This document shows positions 9,234 through 17,315 of a stretch of DNA of 64,000 nt, in pieces (position 1 is the stretch's first letter; every line of letters begins with the position of its first letter). The position numbers were made by a program, and so were the translations under genes. The notes below the pieces were generated by a model, which was not told the DNA's origin, searched no databases, and saw nothing but the letters and a program-made list of their open reading frames with translations. This DNA comes from an uncultured Treponemataceae bacterium (GTDB taxonomy: Bacteria; Spirochaetota; Spirochaetia; Treponematales; Rectinemataceae): assembly GCA_964540615.1 (NCBI GenBank), contig CAZINN010000008.1:2641-66640 (forward strand), read 5' to 3'.

Positions 9234-11141
9234 TCAGTATTCTCTGCCGACCATGTTCCGCCGGGCTGTTTCAGCCGGGAAAATCCCTTCCGAGGTGATC
9301 ATACGGCTGGGAAGGTCCTTGCCCGCCATGTAGTCCTGCACCGCCTTTATAAGCTGCGGTCCGAGGATCGGGTTGCATTCCACCGAGCAGTTCATCTCAC
9401 CGACGATCATGGCCTTGAACGCGTCCCTGATCCCGTCCACACCGATGATGACTATGTCCTTCCCCGGCTTGAGTCCCTTCTCCTTGATGGCCCGTATGGC
9501 GCCGATCGCCATATCGTCGTTATGAGAGAAAACGACGTCGATTTTTCGAATTTCGGTTGAGAGGATTTTTTTCATCAGCGAGTATCCCTGTTCGCGGAAA
9601 AAGTCTCCGTACTCGGAGGCGATAATTCTGTAGTTCGGATAATCTTTGATAACTTCCTCGAACCCCAGTTTCCTGTCGATGGTGGGGGCCGCGCCCACAT
9701 TGCCCTGAAGCTCGACGATATTGACTTGTTTCGCACTGCCGAGTTTCTCGACGATCCAGCGCGCGGCCCGCCGACCCTCCTCGACGAAATCCGAGCCCAT
9801 AAAGCTGAGCCAGAGTGAGCTGTCTTTGATCCCGACGGATCTGTCCGTGATGATGACGGGGATGCCCGCCGCCTTAGCCTCGTTGAGGACGGCGTCCCAG
9901 CCTGTTTCGACGACGGGCGAGAAGGCGATGACGTCGACGCGGCGCTGAATGAAGGAGCGTATAGCGGCTATCTGGTTTTCCTGCTTCTGCTTGGCGTCCT
10001 CGAACAGAAGCTGTATACCCGCTTTCGCGGCGGCGGCCTTGATCGAGCGTGTATTCGCAACCCGCCATTCGCTTTCCGCGCCTATCTGCGAAAAGCCGAG
10101 CACAATAGGCCTGTTCAGATCGGTCACGGCCGATCGTTCGCGGCTTTCGGGTGTATTACCTTGCTCGAGCGTCGCGAGCGTCACCTCCCTCGGCCTAAGG
10201 TATATTTTTTTAGGTATTCCCTCGGTATGGGTAAGAAGATCCCTGGCATAGATTACTGATTCTTTCCCTCCGGTCGGATAGGTGAATGTCGCCGAAAGTA
10301 CGCCCGTTCGAACGAGCTCAATGCCGCCGGTCGGCCCCGGCAGTCCGTCGATGCCAATAAAGCGTATGTCGGTCCTGCCTGCCTCGCGGGCCGCCTTCCA
10401 GGCGCCGTATGCCATCGCATCGTTTTGAGCGAAGACGACATCGATTCTCGGTTCATGCTTGAGCCTCTCCCTCATTTTGTCCTCGGCCTTGTCGCGGAGC
10501 CAGTCGGCGACCATGGGCTCGAGCAGCGTGATGCCGGTCTTTGTCATTAGGACTTCCCGAAGCCCCTCGCTGCGGCCGAGCGCAGGAGGCGATCCCGAAC
10601 GCCCTTGAATCTCGAGAACGGTCCCTTTCCATTCTCCGAGAAGCGCCGAGATCACTTCGCCGGCCTTGCGGCCGAGCCGCTCGTTGTCCGGTCCGATAAA
10701 AAGACTGTAATCGTAACCCTCGACATCGCGGTCGAGAACAATGACGGGTATCTTCGAGTACGCGGCGCGGACCGAGGGCGTCAGGGCGTGGGAGTCATTC
10801 GGAGAGATGATGAGAAGATCGATCCCGTAATCCAGAAGGCGTTGAACATCTTCGATCTGCCGATCCGTCGAGTCCGCGGCGTCTGTGTAGATGAACCGCA
10901 TGTCCGGATAGCGCGCTGCCTCGGCCTTGACATCCTCGGTCATTGCGATACGCCAGGGCTCGGTCAGGTTAGCCTGCGAAAAACCGATAAGGAAACGCAC
11001 CGGCGACTCGCGAGGACGGGGTGAGCAGCCCGAGAGGATCAAAACGACCGCCGACACCAGTACGAAAAGAACGCCGCCCCGTCGCCGCGCCTCGGAACAA
11101 CAATCGCGCGCTTGAAGCGCCGCGCCATTGCACGACGTCAC
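9234..11141 (-). CDS. lipoprotein with two tandem YtfQ-like periplasmic sugar-binding (PBP1) domains, probable sensor partner of the adjacent kinase
   Basis: Lipobox LILSGC. Two consecutive PBP1 modules begin with GFSQANLTEPWR and GFSQIGAESEWR. The second half strongly resembles E. coli YtfQ as I recall it. GTG start overlaps the regulator stop (GTGA). Confidence 0.8.
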   Translation of the reverse strand: MTSCNGAALQARDCCSEARRRGGVLFVLVSAVVLILSGCSPRPRESPVRFLIGFSQANLTEPWRIAMTEDVKAEAARYPDMRFIYTDAADSTDRQIEDVQRLLDYGIDLLIISPNDSHALTPSVRAAYSKIPVIVLDRDVEGYDYSLFIGPDNERLGRKAGEVISALLGEWKGTVLEIQGRSGSPPALGRSEGLREVLMTKTGITLLEPMVADWLRDKAEDKMRERLKHEPRIDVVFAQNDAMAYGAWKAAREAGRTDIRFIGIDGLPGPTGGIELVRTGVLSATFTYPTGGKESVIYARDLLTHTEGIPKKIYLRPREVTLATLEQGNTPESRERSAVTDLNRPIVLGFSQIGAESEWRVANTRSIKAAAAKAGIQLLFEDAKQKQENQIAAIRSFIQRRVDVIAFSPVVETGWDAVLNEAKAAGIPVIITDRSVGIKDSSLWLSFMGSDFVEEGRRAARWIVEKLGSAKQVNIVELQGNVGAAPTIDRKLGFEEVIKDYPNYRIIASEYGDFFREQGYSLMKKILSTEIRKIDVVFSHNDDMAIGAIRAIKEKGLKPGKDIVIIGVDGIRDAFKAMIVGEMNCSVECNPILGPQLIKAVQDYMAGKDLPSRMITSEGIFPAETARRNMVGREY

Positions 11142-12343
11142 GGCAGCATCCCCTTCCGGTGATCGGTCGGCGATGTGCCGGTGATCTTTTTAAAGGCGCG
11201 GCAGAAGTAGTGCTGGCTCCGATACCCGACGCGTTCCGCGACTTCATAAGCCTTGGCCGCGGGATCGGTCATAAGTATCACCGCCTTCTTAACCCTGACG
11301 CGGTTGACGTATTCGACGAACGAAAATCCCGTCTCACGCTTCATAAGCCGCGACAGATAACCCGGACTGACCTGCAATTCCGCCGCGGCGTCCTCGAGGC
11401 AGAGATCGGGGTTCCAATAGTTTTTGTCAACGTAATTCCTTGCAAGAACGACAAAGGATTCGCAATTATCACCGTCGGAAAGCTCGGCACGAACCTCTTC
11501 ATAGGCATCGCACAGTCCGGAAACGAGTTCGGGCACATTCCGCGTGGCTATCGAAGGGATTTGATAGACTTGTTCAGAAGCGCGCTGCTCTACCTTGTTG
11601 ACAATCGTTACAAGCTCGTCATTCTCCAGACGCGCCGTGACGCCTATTACGGTTTCGGTGTCGTCCTCGAATACATACGAACTCGAAGGAGTAAGGCTCT
11701 CTTCTACAATCGTCCGCAGAGCGACAAGCTCCAGCATGCGATTCCGAGCGGCGCCGGCCGCTCCTGAAGCCGAGCGTTCCGCGAAGCGCGCGGCTATAAT
11801 AGTCGCAGGGGCCGCAAGCTTGATGCTCAAAAAAGCGATGGTTTCGAGGATTTCGGTCTTCGAAAGCGCCCCCCTTACCCAATCGCGCAGGAAGCGTTCG
11901 CGCAGAACGGGCAAATTCCGCTCCAGCTGCTCGCGGGCCCAGGAAAGATACTCACCGGTTTTTCTGCGCGCCTCGAGCTCAGCCTTGGCCTTCTCGATAA
12001 CCGAGATGAAGCTCGCCGCATCGACGGGCTTGAGAACATAGTCGAAGACTTGAAGCTTGACCGCCGCCTGTGCGTATTCGAACTCATCATGTCCGGAGAC
12101 GATAATGACAATTTTACCCGGGACTTTTTTATTGAGAGCTTCAATCAATTCGAGGCCGTTGCGTATCGGCATACGGACGTCGATGATAAAAATATCAGGC
12201 TGATACTCGAGAGCGAGTGAATACGCCATATCGCCGTCTTCGGCCTCGGCGACGACTTCGAGGTCGTCCCCGCAGCGGGCGATGAGAGAACGCAGGCCCC
12301 GCCTGATCTTCGGCTCATCATCGGCTATCAACACCTTCCACAT
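11138..12343 (-). CDS. response regulator with an AraC-type HTH output domain (YesN family)
   Basis: Receiver domain MWKVLIADDEP...DIFIIDVRMP. C-terminal AraC HTH (YRSQHYFCRAFKKITGTSP). Confidence 0.9.
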   Translation of the reverse strand: MWKVLIADDEPKIRRGLRSLIARCGDDLEVVAEAEDGDMAYSLALEYQPDIFIIDVRMPIRNGLELIEALNKKVPGKIVIIVSGHDEFEYAQAAVKLQVFDYVLKPVDAASFISVIEKAKAELEARRKTGEYLSWAREQLERNLPVLRERFLRDWVRGALSKTEILETIAFLSIKLAAPATIIAARFAERSASGAAGAARNRMLELVALRTIVEESLTPSSSYVFEDDTETVIGVTARLENDELVTIVNKVEQRASEQVYQIPSIATRNVPELVSGLCDAYEEVRAELSDGDNCESFVVLARNYVDKNYWNPDLCLEDAAAELQVSPGYLSRLMKRETGFSFVEYVNRVRVKKAVILMTDPAAKAYEVAERVGYRSQHYFCRAFKKITGTSPTDHRKGMLP

Positions 12344-12345
12344 AC

Positions 12346-14115
12346 TCAGTTCTCCATATCAATGAGCGGATGCCGAACGATCACCTCGGTCCCCGCGCCC
12401 GGGACCGATGAAAAGGTAAGCCCGTAGGGCTTCCCGAATGTCAAGCGAATCCTTTCATGAACATTTCGGATTCCATAGCCGCCGAGATAGGGGCCGATTC
12501 CCGTATCGAGGGACTCGCGCAGACGCGCCAAGGCAAGGTCGTCCATGCCCACCCCGTCGTCGCGGACCATAAGAACAAGGTCCTTGCCGCCGTTCTCCTG
12601 TTCTTCGATCCTTGATTCGACCTTCAGCTGGCCGTGCCCGCGGCGTTCCTTGATACCGTGGTAAATCGCATTCTCGACGAGTGGCTGAAGAATCAACCGC
12701 ATCACACGATAACGGCTCAAACCATCCTGAACCGAAATTTCATAGTCGAATTTGTCTTCGTACCGCGCTTTTTGAATGTACAGATAACTTTGAACATGCT
12801 CCAGTTCGTCCGACAGTGGAATAAGCTCTTTGCCCTTGCTCAGGCCGATGCGGAAAAGACGTGTTAACGCGCCAACCGTCGAAACAACATCATCGATCCG
12901 GTGCTCCTGCGCCATCCATTGTATCGTATCGAGTGTGTTATAAAGGAAATGCGGCTTGATCTGCTCCTGCAGAATCCTGAGCTCGGCCTCCCGCTTCGAC
13001 TTCTGTTCGGCGTAGACTTGGTCGATCAAGGTCTGTATCCGACCGATCATCTCGTTGAAGCCGTGCCCGAGCTCGCCGATCTCGTCGCTCCGGCCTCCCG
13101 TATACCGCACAGAAAGATCTCCATGCTCGACCCGTTTCATCAAAGTCCTAAGCGCAAGAACCGGCTTGGCGACAAAGGATGTGAAAACTATCGCCACGAC
13201 GATCGCAAAAGCCATCGTCAGGCCGCCGATGATGAAACTCCAATACCGAATGAGAAAAACCTCGCTGAGCGCCTCGGACAGCGAGAACACACCGAGCGTT
13301 CTCCATCCCGTGTACGGCGATTTCTGCGATAACACCTGATAATCGTTCCCCGCGATACGAATCAAAGCCGAGCTTTCCATGTCCGCGCCACTGTCTATAG
13401 GCACACGATAGACGCCCTTATTGACGGGCGCGTATACCATCTCCCCGGCGGAATCTGCGATAAAAAGATATCCTCCTTTTCCGATCGTCGTGTTTGTAAA
13501 CAACTCCTCGATCGCCGCAAGTTTCATGTCGATGAGAACAGCGCCGCGCACCGCTCCATCGCCGGATCTGGTGATCGCCTTTACAACCGAGACGACTTCG
13601 TCCGCCCCATACCGTCTCGTGCTTCTGATGTTGCGCCCCACCGGTCGCGGAATCAGACGGACAAGACCCGGGAAGGCGTGCGCCTCTGTGTACCAGCGCT
13701 CCTTGGTCAGGGGGTCCCGCGTCGTCAGCGAAAAGCCGGCGCTTTCCCACTCATCCTTCTCGCTTACTACAACAATACCGGCGATCTCAGGATGAGTTTG
13801 CGCGACCGAGGCGATTGTCTTTTTGATTTCGTTTTTTCTCTCCGCCGACGCCGTCCCGAGCTCCAGAAACGATGCGACCGGTTCAGTCATCGCGATCAAA
13901 TCGATGAGCCGTTCCATTTCCAAAACATGAAGCTCGATGTTCTTCGTGACTTGTCCGATGATGCGGATCGTATGCGCCGTCGTCTCCCGCTCGATGGAAC
14001 TTGCGTAGAGGGATGGGCCCAGAACACCGAGGGTGAGGAGCGGAAGGAGGATGATAACAAGAAAATACATCATGAGCCTGAGTCTGAGGCTTCCGGTGAC
14101 AAGCCTGTGGCGCAT
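12346..14115 (-). CDS. sensor histidine kinase (YesM/LytS-type: extracytoplasmic domain, HAMP, His_kinase, HATPase)
   Basis: Two TM segments flank an extracytoplasmic domain of about 270 aa. HAMP is present, and KPHFLYNTLDTI is the His_kinase box. I chose ATG 14115 (SD GAGGAAAGG upstream); the longest ORF starts at 14184. Confidence 0.85.
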   Translation of the reverse strand: MRHRLVTGSLRLRLMMYFLVIILLPLLTLGVLGPSLYASSIERETTAHTIRIIGQVTKNIELHVLEMERLIDLIAMTEPVASFLELGTASAERKNEIKKTIASVAQTHPEIAGIVVVSEKDEWESAGFSLTTRDPLTKERWYTEAHAFPGLVRLIPRPVGRNIRSTRRYGADEVVSVVKAITRSGDGAVRGAVLIDMKLAAIEELFTNTTIGKGGYLFIADSAGEMVYAPVNKGVYRVPIDSGADMESSALIRIAGNDYQVLSQKSPYTGWRTLGVFSLSEALSEVFLIRYWSFIIGGLTMAFAIVVAIVFTSFVAKPVLALRTLMKRVEHGDLSVRYTGGRSDEIGELGHGFNEMIGRIQTLIDQVYAEQKSKREAELRILQEQIKPHFLYNTLDTIQWMAQEHRIDDVVSTVGALTRLFRIGLSKGKELIPLSDELEHVQSYLYIQKARYEDKFDYEISVQDGLSRYRVMRLILQPLVENAIYHGIKERRGHGQLKVESRIEEQENGGKDLVLMVRDDGVGMDDLALARLRESLDTGIGPYLGGYGIRNVHERIRLTFGKPYGLTFSSVPGAGTEVIVRHPLIDMEN

Positions 14116-14193
14116 GCGGCCTTTCCTCAGGTCAGGAAAACGTGGTGAGCGAGTGTCACTCGTTTCATTGCGAGGAGCGTTCATACAGGGCGC

Positions 14194-14207
14194 CGTGTAC
14201 GTACACG
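14194..14207. promoter_or_regulatory. second copy of the 14-bp palindrome CGTGTACGTACACG, upstream of the kinase-regulator-sensor operon
   Basis: Identical to 9082-9095. Lies 79-92 nt upstream of ATG 14115. Confidence 0.5.
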
Positions 14208-14257
14208 ATTGTATACCCTTTTGGATTTTCGTGGTGGTTTTTTTGCGCCGGGCCCGG

Positions 14258-15769
14258 CTACCGGCGGCCGAACACCTGCCCCAGGCTCCGTTCCATGTCC
14301 TTAGGCTCTACCACCAAGCGATGAACTTCACGGGCGCCCCGAAGCGCCAAAAGGGGCTTGGGCACCGCGAGTCCGGCCGCCAAGGCCAGGCGTTCGTCGA
14401 GCGCCAGCTGCCCCTCCACGGTGTCGGCGGCCGCAGAATCGCCTATGTCGAAGTCAATCGCGGCCGCGACGGGAAGTGGAAATTTGAAGGGACTGGCTGT
14501 CGCCGTCACGACGGTGGGGCGCGTCGCACCTTCCGCCGCGCGCATCTTCTCCAGAACAGCGACGGCCACGGCAGTATGCGGATCGCAGAGATAGCCGCTG
14601 CCCTCGAAAACACGGCGCAGGGCGGCGGCCGATTCGGCCTCATCGGCCCACCCCGCTCGGAAATCTTCAAGCGCCTCGGCCTCCCCCATGGTCAAGGTGT
14701 ACGATCCCTTCTCGGCGAGATCCCGCATGAGATCGGCGGTCCGAGCCGGATCGCCGCCGGTAGCGTGGAATATCAAACGCTCGAGATTACTCGAAACTAG
14801 AATATCCATCGAAGGGCTCGCTGTTTTATAGAACGGTCGGTTGCGGTCGTATCGCCGCTCGCTGAAAAAGTCGGTGAGTACATTGTTTCTATTCGAGGCG
14901 CAGATAAGGCGTCCGATCGGAAGGCCCATCCGCTTCGCGTACCACGCGGCGAGAATATTGCCGAAGTTGCCGGTGGGCACTGCGACATCGATCGTTCCGT
15001 CGGCGGCGAGCGCTCCTGCGTCGCGCATCGCGCGCCAGGCCGCGACATAGTAGACGATCTGCGGAAGGAGCCGCGCGATATTGATGGAATTCGCCGAAGA
15101 AAAGCTCATGCCCGCCATTGATGCGGCGTCCCGGGCGACGGCGCTCGCGAAGATCGTCTTCACGCCCCGCTGAGCATCGTCGAAATTGCCCTTGACGCCG
15201 ATAACCGACGCGCCCGGCGCGTCGTGGCTGGTCATCTGAAGACGCTGAACGGCGCTGACCCCCTCGGCCGGATAGAAAACAACCACATGGACGCCGTTCG
15301 CGGGACGGCCTGGAGGGGCCAATCCTTCGAGCGCCGCTTTTCCGGTATCGCCCGAGGTCGCGACAAGTATTAATATTTCTTTCCTCACGCCTCGCGCATC
15401 GCGCGCCATGCTGAGAAGATTCCCCATGAGGCTGAGCGCAAGGTCCTTGAAGGCGCAGGTCGGCCCGTGGAACAGTTCGAGAAAAGCCGTATCGCCGAAT
15501 TGTGCGAGAGGAGCGACCTCGGGCCGGGAAAACCGAGACGCCGATTCTTCGAGCGCGCGATGCAGCGTTTCAGCGGGAAATTCAGGGAAAAACGGAGATA
15601 AAACTTCAAACGCAAGGTCCGAATACGACAGTCGCGTCCCGCCTAAAGCGCGTTCGCCGAGTCGGGGAAGCTCGACGGGCACATAAAGACCGCCGTCCGG
15701 CGCAATGCCCTCGAGAATCGCCTGGGCCGCGTCTACAGGCTGCGCCGTGGATCGTGTACTGCGATACAT
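14258..15769 (-). CDS. thrC: threonine synthase
   Basis: PLP-lysine motif FHGPTCAFKDLAL. ATG 15769 is preceded by GGAGGA; the track ORF starts at TTG 15781. Confidence 0.9.
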   Translation of the reverse strand: MYRSTRSTAQPVDAAQAILEGIAPDGGLYVPVELPRLGERALGGTRLSYSDLAFEVLSPFFPEFPAETLHRALEESASRFSRPEVAPLAQFGDTAFLELFHGPTCAFKDLALSLMGNLLSMARDARGVRKEILILVATSGDTGKAALEGLAPPGRPANGVHVVVFYPAEGVSAVQRLQMTSHDAPGASVIGVKGNFDDAQRGVKTIFASAVARDAASMAGMSFSSANSINIARLLPQIVYYVAAWRAMRDAGALAADGTIDVAVPTGNFGNILAAWYAKRMGLPIGRLICASNRNNVLTDFFSERRYDRNRPFYKTASPSMDILVSSNLERLIFHATGGDPARTADLMRDLAEKGSYTLTMGEAEALEDFRAGWADEAESAAALRRVFEGSGYLCDPHTAVAVAVLEKMRAAEGATRPTVVTATASPFKFPLPVAAAIDFDIGDSAAADTVEGQLALDERLALAAGLAVPKPLLALRGAREVHRLVVEPKDMERSLGQVFGRR

Positions 15770-15846
15770 CGCATCCTCCAACCAGAGGATAGCCTAAAAG
15801 GAAGAAGAGCGTGAAGCGGCTATACGGCGGCGGATGACCAACAGGA

Positions 15847-16731
15847 TCAGACGCGGACGAATGTCGCGATATAGCGGCGCGGCGATTTCAGCTCGATAGG
15901 CGGCGGATCAAGTCGTTTCCATCTGCCCGTGATGCCGAGCTCGGCCGCGGCGACATCGACATGCCGCATCGCGATCCCCATATCGAGCTCCTGAAGCTTG
16001 GTATCACCGAGAATGTTATTGTAAAACCGATCCTCCTCCATGACGAGATGCAGCGCCTCGCCCGATCGTCGATCAAGAACGATGCGCCAGGGCTGCATGT
16101 TGCGTGCAGATGGTCCTATCCGCACAGCCTCGAGCACTTCGTTCCACTCGCCGGGATGCTCGAGCCGCTCCCAGGCTCCGTGCGGACCCGCCTCGAAAAA
16201 AAGTTCATCGAATTTCCTGCGCGCCCCTTTCTTTGTCCCCGCGGTGCTCAGAATTTCTTGTATCGAGGGCTTGACGGCGGCATGTCCGACCGGTGTCGTC
16301 GCTGGAGCGAATTCATCCTCGCCGGCCGCCAAGGCATGCACGACGCCGCCGCGGTCGAAGACGCCTCCGATCCAGCAGGTGTCCAGACCGAGTTCCGTCG
16401 CGCGGAGAATTACGCCTTCCATACAGTACCCGAAATCGACGCAGGCGAAGGGCTTGCGCCGAACAACTCCTGCGACAAAGGCGGGCGGCCCGACAATGAG
16501 ACCGTAGGTTCCAACGCGCACCCCGCCCCTTTTCGTTGTAATGTCGTCTTCTTCGGACGAAGCGATTTTTTCTTTCGCCGCCAAAATGAACCGAGGCGAC
16601 AGACCAAATGGACCTGGCACGGCCTCGGCGAACGAAGCGCGGAGCGTTTTCTCCTCTTCGGCGCTGAGCGGCGCGCCGTCGAAGGTTCTTGTCGAATGCC
16701 GTTTTCTGATCGAATCGAGTGAGAGTTTCAT
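15847..16731 (-). CDS. nitroreductase-family protein (long form)
   Basis: N-terminal SIRKRHSTRTF and RNMQPWR motifs are typical of the nitroreductase fold. Confidence 0.7.
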   Translation of the reverse strand: MKLSLDSIRKRHSTRTFDGAPLSAEEEKTLRASFAEAVPGPFGLSPRFILAAKEKIASSEEDDITTKRGGVRVGTYGLIVGPPAFVAGVVRRKPFACVDFGYCMEGVILRATELGLDTCWIGGVFDRGGVVHALAAGEDEFAPATTPVGHAAVKPSIQEILSTAGTKKGARRKFDELFFEAGPHGAWERLEHPGEWNEVLEAVRIGPSARNMQPWRIVLDRRSGEALHLVMEEDRFYNNILGDTKLQELDMGIAMRHVDVAAAELGITGRWKRLDPPPIELKSPRRYIATFVRV

Positions 16732-17315
16732 GTCCGCCGCTCCTTTTTTTTCTTTCCGCCGAGCTCGGCCCAGCGGAAACAGTCTGTCAAATGATCATTG
16801 ACCATTCCTATGGCCTGCATGTGGGCGTACATCGTCGTAGATCCGACGAAGGCGAAGCCTCTCGACTTGAGATCCTTGGCGAGAGCGTCGGAAATCGGCG
16901 TCGTGACAGGCACCCGTGAAAGAGATGTCCACGCATTCACGATCGGCGCGCCGTCGACAAACCGCCAGATATAGCGGTCAAATGACCCGAATTCCTCGAC
17001 GACCGCCAGAAAGGCGCGCGCGTTTTGTATCGCGGCGGATACCTTGCGTCTATTGCGTATTATTCCGGGATCGGCAAGAAGACGATCGACGCGGGCGGGG
17101 CCGAAACGCGCGACCTTGTTCGGATCGAAGCCCGCATAGGCGGAGCGGAACGCCTCCCGCTTTCCGAGAATGCACCTCCACGAAAGCCCGGCCTGCTGAG
17201 TCTCAAGAAGAAGAAACTCGAAGTGCCGTCGTTCATCGTGCACGGGACGACCCCATTCCTCATCATGATAGGCGATGTAGAGCGGATCCGATCCGCACCA
17301 CGGGCATCTTATCAT
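16728..17315 (-). CDS. tag: DNA-3-methyladenine glycosylase I
   Basis: CPWCGSDPLYIAYHDEEWGRPVHDERRHFEFLLLETQQAGLSW is diagnostic of Tag. 4-nt overlaps with both neighbours. Confidence 0.9.
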   Translation of the reverse strand: MIRCPWCGSDPLYIAYHDEEWGRPVHDERRHFEFLLLETQQAGLSWRCILGKREAFRSAYAGFDPNKVARFGPARVDRLLADPGIIRNRRKVSAAIQNARAFLAVVEEFGSFDRYIWRFVDGAPIVNAWTSLSRVPVTTPISDALAKDLKSRGFAFVGSTTMYAHMQAIGMVNDHLTDCFRWAELGGKKKKERRT

